Below, one piece after another: positions 21,073 through 33,361 of a stretch of DNA of 64,000 nucleotides. This DNA is from Diplonema japonicum. Taxonomy: Eukaryota; Protista; Euglenozoa: Diplonemea. Position 1 is the stretch's first letter; every line of letters starts with the position of its first letter. Below the pieces are notes generated by a model, which worked only from the letters and a program-made list of their open reading frames with translations, searched no databases and had not been told where the DNA came from. The stretch lies in the NCBI GenBank assembly GCA_964019335.1, contig OZ025749.1, positions 248,001-312,000 on the forward strand, in the 5' to 3' direction. The position numbers and the translations under genes were made by a program.

Positions 21073-22303
21073 GTAAGAAGCACCGTGCGACAAGAATATG
21101 GTCTACGGGGGGTGGGGGTATGTTTGTTTTCTATACACTGGGATTTTTTTTCTTTCTTCCCCCGCCCCCCACTTTTTTTTTTAAAAAACAGAAAAAGAAA
21201 AAAAGAAAAGAAAAAGGGGGGGGAAGTAACAACGTTCTTTTTTTTGTTTTGTTTTTTTTCCACTTTTTCGTTTTTTTTTCTCCTTTGTTCCCCCCCTCAT
21301 AAAAAAATAAAAATAAAATAAAATACTGTAAAGTGAAAGATCCTGGAAGCGAAAAATAAAGCCCGGATATTTTTTTTCTCCAGCATTTTCGGCGCAAGGA
21401 AATCTCGGTTAATGCCGCGGGGGGACGATATTTCTCTTTTTTTTTTTTTCTAATGCCCTTTCTCCCATCAAGATACGGGCGATCATCGACACAAGAAGAT
21501 TAGGCCAGCTCCAAGGAAAGCCAAGGTTTTGTGAAATTCCGTGGCTTTGGGACAAAAAAGCCATACCGGCAGGTTTGTAGGACTGAGCCCCCCATCTGGA
21601 CAACAAGCCTACGGGGGAGAAAAGAGAAGAGAAGAGAAAAACGTCGGAGCGACAAAGCCAAGAAGAACCTTAAGAAACTGGGCAGGAAGTAGCAAGAAGA
21701 AAGAGAGGATACTTTGAGAAAGGCAACACAGCCAAAAAAAGAAAGAAAGGCCGAGGCCCCAGAAGGGAGAAAGGGGTAGATAAGTAGAGACAAGGGGGAC
21801 GTTCCAAGACAGGAACCTCCTTTATCTCATCTCTTTTTTTTTTCGTTTTATAATATTAGTAGTTATTTACACGTTCGAACCCATCGAACGCACTCCTGTC
21901 CCCCCTCAAAAAAAAATGCCCGGCTCGTGGCTGGGGGGCGTCAGCAAACGGAACAAGTCCTGCTTCGAGGCAGCAACATGCAACAGAAAATGGAACTCGT
22001 GCATAAACGGAAAATCGTGCAAGGAGAGAGGGTACTGCCACGAAAACAAAGGCCCGGGCGCCCGGTCGTGGGGACGGGGCGGGTGCGCCACAGAGAGAGG
22101 CTGCTGCTTAATGTGAAAAGAAAAAAAAAAAAAAAAAAAAAAAAAAAACACAAGGGAAAAAAGATTTTTTTTATTCTTCTTCCCACCCTCATCCTCATCA
22201 TGAAATCTTTTCAGGAAAGGGAGGGAAGAAAGGGGGAAAGGACATAGTGCGCCGCTCTGGCAGGTTTTGCAGCCTGTCAGAGCGAGAGTGGGTGGACACT
22301 CCT

Positions 22304-22729
22304 ATGGGGTGCGCTGCGTCAGCACCAAGAAAGGAATCAGCGTGGGAAAATGTAAACAAGCCAACGAAAGGTACGGGCAAGAAGAAGAAAAAGAAGAAGA
22401 AGAAGAAGAAGGCCGGCACAGTAAGCATGAAGAGCGTGCGGACTGAGTTGAGCGAAGTCTCCAAATCGTCAAGAAGGGGAAGAAGCTGCACCTCAAGACA
22501 ATCCAAATCCCCGAAGGAGTTCAAAGAGCTTAGGTCGAGTGACAAGTCTGTTTTCAACCAATCTCTTGACACGCAAGCGAGCTCCCAACGATACGACGCT
22601 ATCTATTCTTGGATTGCCAGTTTGGATATTGACAACAGCTATCCTCATACAGAGCTGGCTGCTTCATTGTTGGGTGAATCGTTGGCTCCCTCAGTCACCA
22701 GCGCACCTACGGACGGAACAAACCCATGA
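22304..22729 (+). CDS. Small basic protein with N-terminal dual-acylation motif (MGCAAS)
   Basis: MGCxxS myristoylation/palmitoylation consensus; Lys run encoded by AAG codons rather than poly(A). Confidence 0.7.
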   Translation: MGCAASAPRKESAWENVNKPTKGTGKKKKKKKKKKKAGTVSMKSVRTELSEVSKSSRRGRSCTSRQSKSPKEFKELRSSDKSVFNQSLDTQASSQRYDAIYSWIASLDIDNSYPHTELAASLLGESLAPSVTSAPTDGTNP

Positions 22730-22765
22730 TAAAGTGGGATAGGTTTTTTTTTTTTTTTTTTTTTG

Positions 22766-24046
22766 CGAGGTATGACGCGGGTTCCATCCCGATGGGGCCG
22801 GTTGGCAACCTGGTCTGCCGGTGGCTTCCCCGAATAGGATGGAGTTGGGCGCAGCTACTAGGTTGCAACACATCTTGGGCCGAACGCGGACACATCTTTA
22901 GAGAGGTGGTGAGGAAGGCCCGAAGTAGGACGCTGGCGGTCGAGAGGAGCACGATAAGCGGGATAGAGCCGGGGGCGGACCCCAAGACGAACCGACTATG
23001 GAGGACGGCCAAGGACCCGCTCATGTCCTACAGCCTGAGACGAGTGATCGCAGGAGGGGTTCCCTACCTAAACCCGCACGCAAATGCGAACCGAAAGAGC
23101 GTCCCACTGGCGCCTGAAGGTGACGACAACGGTGACGACGAGGAGAACATGGGCCAGGCACCAACGACGGAGGTATCGCACACGCAAGGATTCAGATGCG
23201 ACCTGTGCAAGTCACCACACCCGGACACGGTGACCTTACTCCGCCATCAGCTGTATGAGTGCGCCTGTGCACAAGAGGAACTGGCACTAGACGGAATGGA
23301 GCCGTTGCGCAACAGATCAGGATGGCCCCTATGTCTGGAGCTGCACGCGATACTGCCGAGGGGGCATGTCTTCGCACACCTGGAGAAGCTGCAGCGATAC
23401 ATGGCTGTGGTGGTCGGGAAACGGGATGTGGAGCTCATGCAAATAGACAACGCCAGCACACAGCCGCTGCCGTGGGTACGCGATGTGGAGGGAAGGAGAT
23501 GCCTCGTGCCGACGGCGGGGGAGCTCGAAGGAGTGGGAGGAATCATCGCAGAATTCTTGAACCCGCTGCTGCAGTGGTTGTCACAGCTACGATGGGTGAA
23601 GGAGGACACCAGCTCTGAAGTGTCAGCGGTGGAATTGGCCATCGACTTCGAATGGACGACAGGCAAGTTACTGGGAGGTCTGCTGGAAGATAGGGCTCGC
23701 AAGATCAAAGCACTGATAAGAAAGCTGAACGCGGCATGCAGAGCACGGAAGAAGCCACGCCCCTTCCCGGCGGATGAACAGAAGAGAGTGAAGTCCCTCA
23801 TCGCAATAGGTGGGAAAACGACTATGGGTTTCGCCAGGAGGCCCATCTTCGCCACCCACTCCACGCACGACAAGCTGATGGAACTGAAAGCCGCTTACAA
23901 GCGAGACCGCATCACGCGACTCCGCAAGACGCTCAAGGCCTCGATTGGAACGAAAGCAATGCTCCAGAAGGGGAGTATAAATAGATAGCCCCCCCAACCC
24001 ACCCAAGGGCGGCCCTCCATGAGGGGGTTTGTCCTGCACTTTGAGT
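22766..24046 (+). mobile_element. 5'-truncated non-LTR retrotransposon 3' portion
   Basis: ORF starts abruptly after a T-run with no real start; CCHC knuckle CDLC..LLRHQLYEC typical of LINE C-termini; ELAIDF..TG motif; no RT domain present. Confidence 0.6.
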
Positions 24047-24398
24047 TTTTTTTCCTCCGTCTTCACCTCTTCACCTATATCCTATGGTGGGTTTTCCAAC
24101 TCGCGCGGAATTTTTGGTTTTTTTTTCTCTCCCTCAGATTTTTGTTTAACAATAAAATCAATAAACTCCGTGCGCTTTTTTGGCGGGCCGTTGCTAACCA
24201 CTTCGTTCCTATCATAGTGAATTTTTTTTGTTTGCGCCGAGTAAATAGGACTTTTATCGTATTTTTTTTTTTTTACCGTATTTCTTTTTCTTTAGCATCC
24301 CAAGGTAGGCACACGCGGTGGGAGCCACTTCGTCCCCCCCCGTCCCCCATCATTGTGATTTTTTTACCATACTTGAACGCCTTGTTTTAAAAGAGGGG

Positions 24399-24441
<43 letters not shown>

Positions 24442-24555
24442 CACAAAAAGAAAAAAAAGCAGTTCCTTATGTAGTATTTCTCTTTAAATACCCTTTCCTT
24501 TGTTCCTCTTTCCTTTTCCTTTCCACCTTCCACACTCCATTCCCACAGGGATGCT

Positions 24556-27500
24556 ATGAATCTGCAGGCAAGAGGCAGTTGTGGGGTTTGTGGGCAATGG
24601 GGCCACTACGCGAGAGACTGCCCCGTGGAGGCAGGGTCGGGGAAGGGCGCCGGGGGCTTGAGCAAGCCAATGTTGGTTAACAGAATGGGGAACACAGGAG
24701 GACGGTTGGGCAGTAGGTTCAACGTGCCGTCGGTAGAAACAGACACACCGCCGTCGAGCGTATCAAGCGACACTTCAGGACCCCCCAGTGAAGAGGGTGT
24801 TATGCCGCTTCCTGTCCAACAGCGTCCTCAGGCCGCGCAGGCTCACGTCCGTTCATGGCTGGAGACGTCCTCTGTCACCACTACCGGTACTGCCCCCGCT
24901 GCCAGCCTGCCTCTTGCGGTCCTTCATACCAACACCCACATCAACACCACTGCCATGAAGCTTAAAGAAGAGCTCGCCGAAGAAACCTGTCGTCTTGCTG
25001 AAGCTGAGCGTGCGGCACTGCAGTCCACCCGCGAGGAGCTCACCTCCGCCCGTCGCGACATCGCCCTCAAGGAACAAGGCATGAAAGACGAGCTCAAAAG
25101 CCTTGAGCGATCCCACGCAGAGGAGCTTTCTCAAATGTCCGCTTTCTTCGCCAACAAAGAGACCGTCGCAGCCGCCCAGCAGAAGGAGTTCCATAGACAG
25201 ACCACCGAGTCCATGAGGAGCATGCTCACCGCACAGCAGGAGGAGATCCGGAAAGACGTGGTGAAGGAGGCGAAAGCGCTGAAGGCACGGGAAAAGGATC
25301 TGAAAGCCTTGGAAGAAAACCTTATGCAAAGAATATGCGCTGCAGAGGAGGCAGAAGAAGAGCAAAGAAGAGAACTGGAAGGTGTAAGGAAAAACCTGGA
25401 GGAACGCGAGAGCGAAGCGAGACGGGGGGAAGAGGAGCTAGCAGCGGCGAAGCAGGACTTTGCTGCGAGAAGAGAGACGCTCGAAGAGCATGAGAAGGTG
25501 TACACCGACAAACTGAACGTGTTAAATGAACAACGTGACAAGCTGGAGGTGATTTCAGCCAGGATGCGCGAGGCTGAAGCGCAGCACAAGGAACGCGAGG
25601 AGACCATCAGTGCAAAGGACGACCATCTCAACCAGCGTGTAGAGCGCATCAAGGAAAAGGAGCAGTCCATCACGAAGCTCACCTCAGATGTCGACGTCGA
25701 GCGCACGGAGCTCAGCACCCTCACGGACGAGCTTCGCAAGCTGGAGAGGCGCCTTGAAGAGAAGAACCTGACCCTCGAAGCAAAGGAGTTCAGCCTAACA
25801 GCAATTTTGGAACAGCATACAATCGAATCTGAAGAGCACAAGCGGAACATCAAAAAGCAGGTCGACTTACTACACGCCAAGAAGATGGAAGAGGAGCGGA
25901 ACATAGCTGAAGGCAAGCAAGCGGTGTACGATCTTCGAATGGCTGCACAGCAGGAAGCGGACCAGATCCGCGAAGCTCTGCGGAAGCAAGAAATGATCAA
26001 CAAGACTGAGTACGAAGAGATTGTGGCTTCAAAGGAAAAGGCACGTGAGATTATCGAGCAAAGCAAGAAGATAGAAGTCGACCTCAAGGTTAGGGTTGAG
26101 AATGCAGAGTCCAAAGAGAAGTCTGCCACAAGAGCCGTCAAAGCACTGGAGCAAGATCTTCAAAAGCTCGAGGAACAACGGGCAGCAGCGGAAGACCTTC
26201 AAGAGAAGATACTCGGAGAACGGAGGGAAATAGAAAAAGGCAGGCAGGAGATCGAGAAGCTCGTTGTTCTTTCGGGGCAGACGCAGGACCTCCGCGACAA
26301 GCTGGCGTCGGAGACGCTTTACTTCAACGAACAGTTGCAGACCTCGCGGACCACCCTTGCACAGGTGGAGGAAGCAACACGCACCCTTCTTACAACAGAA
26401 GCCGACATGTCTCTCCGTGAGGAAAAACTGGTCATGCGGGACATCGAGATTCAAGAAAAACTCACCACTTTAAACCAAGAACAGAACCGCCTCAGCATGC
26501 GCCATAAGGAGCTGGACCACGATGCCTCAGAGTCTCTGGAAAGCCTCAAAAGAGCCCAAGACCAGCTGAACGACGAACGCAGACAGCTAGCCATCAGTTC
26601 AGAAGAAGCGAAGGAAAGAGACCATGCCCTCAACAACAGGGAGTTAAGGTTTCGGGCCGCAGAGGCGGAACAGATTGAAGTTCTGAAAACAATCGAAGCT
26701 AAGGAAGCAGCGTGCCTTGACATCGAGAGGAGGATGACCAGCATGGAGAAGCTGGTAAGCTGCAGGGAGCAGGATATACACACCAAGGAAGAAGACGTTG
26801 TTCTGTCACTGCACAGAATCGAAACGATGAAAGAGGAGTGCGAGGAACAGGTCCTAAAGGTCAAGGAACGGGAAAGCGAAGCAGCCGACAGGGAGGCAAA
26901 GCTCGATTTTGCAGAGCAGCGCGTTAAGGAACTCGAGAGGAGCCTGGATCAACGAAAAAAGCAGCTTGAATTTGAAGAAGCAAGCATGCACCAAACACTA
27001 AAAGGAGTCGAAGGGAGGGAGAGGTGGGTCAGTGAAAGACGCAAGGAGCTTGAAGCAAAAGAAGAAGAAGGCCTCGCAGAACTGGACGTCCTGATGGAAC
27101 GCAACGAAGAGCTTGAATCACATGTCGTGCGAATGCAAGCTGAAATAGAGTCCCTGAAGGCGACCGAGACGGTACGCAACATGGAGTCCGCACCCACGTC
27201 CGCACCCACAACAGTCCCACCGTGCGGGTCGCCTCTTTCAGACGGACAGGATTTTACAAGATTTTGCCTTCCGCTAAGCAAGCCTTCGTCAGAGGTGGGG
27301 AGCACCAGGTGGGACCTCACACTGTCAAGCGATACGATCCGACAGATGCAAGGCGACCACCCAATGCCGTGGATTCGAGAGATGGAAGCTTACATGCGCG
27401 CAGAGATCGAGGGCGGGTACGAGGACATGATGAGCACCATGATGAAGTGTTGGGGAAGATCAGGAGGGACACCATCGCCTGCATGGTTCATGCTCCCTCC

Positions 27501-28155
27501 AAGAGCCACGTCCCCTGTGCAGAGGGGATCATCGCGAGGGTCATCGCCCGCTGCCTACTCACTTGGCAGAGAGATGACTCAGGACTCCATGTCTATCTTC
27601 TCAACATCTCCCATTCTACGTCCGTCTGACCCGTCGTGCTCAGAGTCGTATCCCGCATTGATGGACTGCTTGTGGTCCACACAGAGGAGCAACGATGAGA
27701 GCGGGTTTGAAGAAGCATGGTCGAAACTGAACGCGCGTGTGCTGAGCGACACCGAGTACGCTACCAACATAGGCATGGAGATGACCAACGAGCTGCGGCA
27801 GTCGAAGAACCTACTCAAAGAGCAGGACGCAGCCATGACAAAGCTCAAGTCCGAGAACTCAGAACTGAAGCTCGTGGTGTCGGCAATGCTGAGCTCGAAG
27901 AGGGAGTACGAATCGAAGGCACTGTACACCGACGAAGAGATCGATATTCTGCAAGATGATAAGCAGACGCTCGGCTCGCAGGTTGAAGAGCAACGGAAAA
28001 ACACGCTCTGGCTGGAGGAAGAGCTCATGAAGGTGAAGTGCACGGTAGAAGCACTAGAAGGCGAGGCGTTGACCGTGCGGAGAGAGAAAAAGAAGATTGT
28101 CAACAAGACGCATTTTATGGTGCTTGCACTGCAGTGGTATGCGATAGGGAGAAAG

Positions 28156-28186
<31 letters not shown>

Positions 28187-28568
28187 AGGAGCACTGTTCG
28201 GACATTACTCTCAGCGTACTATTTTAGACTGATGGTGCACAGCACCGGCCAGGTTATGCATCGAAGCGTTATTGTGATGAACATCTGCAAGGACGCGGTG
28301 CTGAGAACGTTGCTCCCTTCCATTCAGAGGCACCATTTGGGGCTCAGGTTCCATACGTGGGAGCTGTTTGTTCGAGAAAAATTGTATGTTTTTTTTTTTT
28401 TTTTTCATAAATTATTTTTATCACAGTATTCAAAAGCGTCAACAGAGGGCCAGCATGATGCTGGACGGTATCAAGGAGTCCCTCAGCACGAGGACGCGCC
28501 TCACGTCATTCTCCCGACGGGCTGTGTCAGACACCTTTACCGTTAGCCAGGATTTTGACGCTTTTTAA
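24556..28568 (+). CDS. Large coiled-coil protein with N-terminal CCHC zinc knuckle; introns 28137-28188 and 28384-28426
   Basis: CGVCGQWGHYARDC; ~750-aa heptad region; splicing joins downstream ORFs in frame. Confidence 0.88.
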
Positions 28569-29110
28569 AAAAGAAAAAAAAAAGAGAGAGAAACAAAAAA
28601 AAAATATTTCCTTTCTTCAGATTAGACCTTCGTTTTTTCCATTTATATTATTTTCTGTTCTCTCTCTTTTTTTTTGATACATAGCTCCCTATTATTACCT
28701 CTTCTTCCCCCCCCCCATTTTTTTTCTTCTTTGTTGTGATATTTCCCCCCCCCCCCCTCTTTTTCATTAGATTTTGTTACAATTGAAAGTTTTATTCGCT
28801 TTTTCTTCACCCCCCCCCCCCCCCTGATGCTCATTCATTAAAATATTCACACAGGCAAAAAAAAAGAAAACACATCACCCCCCTTACCCTCCCCGTTTTT
28901 TTTTTTTTTTGAAAGAGAAAACTTTTTTTTGTTGATCGAATAAAATACTATGCTTAGATGATTGGGAAGAACAGCAGGTAGAAATCGAAACAGTCACATC
29001 AAAAAAAAGAAGCCATCCCCCCCCCCCATCTCCGTCAGCACCCCCCCCCCCCCCCTTTCCGAATTAATTGGCGTCGATCGATTCTTCTGTTTGGTAAGTA
29101 AGTAATAAGT

Positions 29111-30710
29111 ATGGTTGGAGGACAGGAAGGCAGCTGTAGCGAGAGTGAGCGGTCAACCACTCCGAAGGGAGGCCAGCCTGACTTGCACGCCCACAGCATG
29201 GTGCCCCCTACCGCAGCTGCTGGTGCTGATCAGACGAAGACCGGCACACACCTAGGGAGGAGAAAATGGGGCAACACCACCAGCACACGGCAAGAAGACG
29301 CACAATCACCCGCCATGCCAGACAAGTTCGTGAACAAAGACCAGAAGCCTTCTACAACTGCACCGTCTTCCTTCAATAAAGTGTGTTACCAGTACCTTCA
29401 GTCCAGCAAGTGCTCTAGGGGCTTGAAATGCCGGTTTTCTCACTCTGCCAACGGGGTAGGGGCACCAGGCGGGGGTCTTGGGGGGAAGAACCACAACCAC
29501 TACCAGAAGCCTGTCACTACAATGCCCACGTCTCCACCTCCTACAGCGGCGCACCCCATTGGTCAGGGGAAGGGATTCACATCCCGGGCACCTCAGCAGT
29601 CCCAGCAGCCACAACAACCTCAGCAGCAACAGCAGCAGCAGCCTCAGAACTTTCAGTCACAGGCCTCCCAGCAGCAGTACCAGGGGCAGCAGTACCAGCA
29701 ACAGCAGCAGCAACAGCAACAGCAGCAACAACAGCCGTTTCAACAGCCACAACATCAGCAGCCTCAGCAGCCGCAGCAACAGCCACAACAGCAGCAGCAA
29801 CAGCAGCAGCCACAACAACAGCAGCAGCCACAGCAGCAGCAACCGCAGCAGCAACCACAGCAGCAGCAGGGGCAAGGGCAGGGGCAGGGGCAAGGGCAAC
29901 AGCCTGTCACAGTGATGCTCATTCAGCCAGGTCCAGGTCAGCCCCCGCCCCCCCCTGGCACGGCCTATGCCATCCCTGTCAAGATGGTCAGCAGTGGTGT
30001 TGACGCGAAGTATGTTTACTCATCACAAACAACACGCCACAGCGGCCAACCAGTGCAGAAGTTCGCTGTTATCCAGCAGCAAGCGTCGAGGCAGTCGCAG
30101 CAGTTCGTTGTCAAGAACAACAGCAACAGCAACAGTGGCAGCAGCAGTGGCAACAACAGCAACAGCAACAGCAACAACCAGACGTTCGCCCAGCGCCAAC
30201 AGCATCATCAACATCAACATCAACATCAACATCAACATCAGCATCAACATCAGCATCAGCACCAACATCAACATCAACACCAACACCAGCAACATCAGCA
30301 CCAACAAGGCGGTCACTATCACAACCAGCAGTACCAAAAGATGGGGTACGACAGGCAAGAGATGCAAAACCAAGAGATGGGCAACATGTACCAAGGGCAG
30401 CATCAACACCATCAGCACCAACACCAGCACCATCATCAACACCATCAACATCAGCACCAGCACCAGCACCAGCATCAGCAACACCAGTACCAGCAGCAAC
30501 AGCAGGAGGCCAAGCAGTTTGGCAGCCCTGCTGGCGACTACAACTACGACATGCAGGTATGCCCAAGGGGACAACGTAACTGACCCAGACTGTTGAGGCC
30601 ATCGATCATGCTGTGCCGCACGAACACGAGATCAGCGTGCTGGAGGTGGCGAGGAAGCTACAGTGGCCAGACAACAAACAGAACGAAATCCGTATGAGCC
30701 GCTCTCTTAT

Positions 30711-30753
<43 letters not shown>

Positions 30754-31790
30754 CCACCCACCCACCCACAGTGGACTATGTTTCGGCATACCTGCAGCAC
30801 GAGATCGCACTTTTCAAAACACACGACGACACACTGGTATGAATATAAAATCTGAAAGCGGGAAAAAAAAAAAAAAAAAAAAAAAAATAGATGCTGTGCC
30901 GGCATGGTGTGATGCGGGGGATGGGGGTAGACAGATCGAAGTGGCAGGACAGCAAGTCGGAGTACGCACAGTGGGGGTACGATGACGCCAGGCAGCAGCA
31001 CCAGCAAGGGCAACAGGCGGCCGAGCAGCCGCAGGACGCCCTGCCACAGGGGGAGAAGACATGTTGCCTGCAGCACGGAGACATGGCCAGCCAGGATGAG
31101 GGCTTCAAGAGTTTCATTTTGCAGGTGAAGACAGTGTACTTGAAGGGGGGCGTTCCCTACAGAAAGATGGAGGTGATACCGAAGCTGGTCGCCAGGACCG
31201 CGGGGCTTGAGACGATTCTGGCAAACCAGGTCCCACCAGGCAGCTCGGGAGTGCCTCTCAACATCAAGCTCGACAGAATCTGCCATGACCACACCAACAG
31301 GCAGTGTGCTCACGGCCCGCAGTGCCATTATGTGCATATTTGCAGAAAGTATCCCTTCCCCCTCAAAAGAAAAAAAGATAAATCCACAGAATTATGAACA
31401 CACTGGTGCTGCCTGAAGCAAAGCGAGAGGACCCGCCTCAGCAGCAGCAACAACAACAAGGTGGCTTTGCCTCGCGGGTGTCCTCTGCGCGGGAAGAGAG
31501 CTCGGAGAGTGGACTTTGGTATGTTGAGGGAGAGGGAGAGGGAGGGAGGGAATACTTTCAACAGGAGGCCTCCAGCAAGCTCACAGGGAAATCAGTGGCG
31601 CGGAAGCGGCGGTGGGGAGTTTTATCCAGAGGAGCAGGTATTTTTTTCTCGAAAAGCTAGTTCTCTAAAAAAATATTTACAGGCTTATTCGGGTTCAGAG
31701 CAGCAGAGTGGGCAGGGAGGTCAGAGTAGCAGTGAGTGGCATCTTCTGCCAACAGATGTTCAGCAGTCTTTGAGCATGAGCACTTGGTAG
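29111..31790 (+). CDS. CCCH zinc-finger protein with Q/HQ-rich prion-like region; introns 30557-30588, 30692-30771, 30837-30890, 31349-31389, 31519-31564, 31638-31682
   Basis: CYQYLQSSKCSRGLKCRFSH and CHDHTNRQCAHGPQCHYVH fingers; all six GT-AG introns keep frame. Confidence 0.85.
29590..30505 (+). repeat. Coding CAG/CAA and (CAYCAR)n low-complexity repeats
   Basis: Poly-Q and (HQ)n tracts. Confidence 0.9.
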
Positions 31791-32095
31791 AATTGCTCTT
31801 TTTTTTTTTTTCTCTTTTTTCTTTTTTTTTTTTCCTTTCTTTCTTCCGTGGGTCTAAGAAAAAATCAGTTTATTTTTAGGGTGGTGGAAAAAAAAAGGGG
31901 GGGGGGGACAAATAGTTTATGGGGGATAAAAACAAAAAGGGGGGGAGGACTAGAAAAAAAAATAGTGAATGCTGTAAAAAAAAAAAAAAAAAAAAAAAGC
32001 GGGATGGATGGTTTTCCTTTTTCTTTTGGTGGGTTTTTTATTGACGATTCTTTTATAGAAATGAATTTCAAGGGATAGGGTGGGGGTGAACTAAA

Positions 32096-32139
<44 letters not shown>

Positions 32140-32368
32140 CCTGTATATTCATGTGTGTGGGTGTTCTCTTTTTTTTTTTCCCCATATTTATTTCGTTTCT
32201 TTCATCCGTGAGCAGTTAAAAAAAAAAAGAAAAAGAAAAAAAGTTTTTTTTTTGTGTCACCCGCATACGTTACGGATGATTTTTCTTTCTTTTTTTTTTC
32301 TTCTTCAGAATTCACACCACCTTCATCATTTACTTACTTTTATAACTTTGCACTGAATTTTTATTTTT

Positions 32369-32453
32369 GGGAAAATTTCTAATAGGGTCAAATGTAAGCC
32401 TTGACTTAATGCCTTTCAAGGACTAATCTGACTCTCTATTTAGAAATTAGCCC
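32369..32453. mobile_element. Tiny MITE-like element (~85 bp)
   Basis: Imperfect TIRs GGGAAAATTTCTAATAGGGTCA / TGACTCTCTATTTAGAAATTAGCCC. Confidence 0.45.
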
Positions 32454-32660
32454 ATATATTCTCTTCTCTAGTTCCCTTTCTTTAAAAACGAAAAAGGGAA
32501 ATGGGGGGGGGGGGGGGGGTAGGACCACCACCATTTCACTGCCTGTGGCATTGCTTTCTATTTCTTTTAATTCTCTCCTCCCCCTTGTTCTTTACAAAAA
32601 GAAAAAGGAGAAAAGAAAAAAAAAAATCCCCATTAGCTGTCCGACATTCATCACTTCCGA

Positions 32661-32696
<36 letters not shown>

Positions 32697-33361
32697 CTTG
32701 TGCTTCATCAAGGTGTCTGTTGGACTATGATATGGGTGCAGTTTTCAAATATTTTTTTAGGGAACTTTTTTTTTTTTACTCGTGCGAAACACAAACAGCA
32801 TACTTAATTTTTTTTTTTTTTTTTTTTTGGCGATCATATAGAAGAAACAAGATTAGAAGGTGTTTTATACTTTGTACGAGGTATCAGATCTGGTCAAAGA
32901 GGGAGAAAAAAAAGGGGCGAGGTCCAGCTTTGTGAGCAGGCAACTAAGGGGGGGAAAAAAAAAAGGTTTCTTGAGGCAAGATTTTTTTTTTCCCCCCTTG
33001 TGTTTTTATTTTTATTTTTTTCCGAAAATCTTTTATATCCCCCACTATTTTCTCTCCTTCCATGTCCCCTCCTTCCCCCCTTTCCCCTTCCAATACCACA
33101 TTCACCAAAAAAAAAAAAAAAAAAAAAGGGAGTGATGAAAAAAAAAAAAAAAAAAAAAAAAAAAAACAATATACAACGCTTTTAAATCTGAAAAAAAAAA
33201 AAAAAAACATAGTTTCTTTTTTTTTTTTTCTATATTTTATTTCTCTTTTTTTCCCATCATCTTTTCCATCACACTTCACAAAAAAAAAAAAAAAAAAACT
33301 TTTCCAAAAAAAAACAAAGGAGGGGCTTGTGTGCGCGCAGGGTGTGCGCACATTTCACCAC

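Noticed and set aside
21455-21820. Possible coding remnant on the + strand
   Set aside because: Multiple stops and no recognisable motif
30581-30583. Apparent TGA read-through or recoding in the CCCH gene, and similar ORF breaks elsewhere
   Set aside because: The breaks in host genes are explained by frame-restoring GT-AG micro-introns; no alternative code or editing is needed
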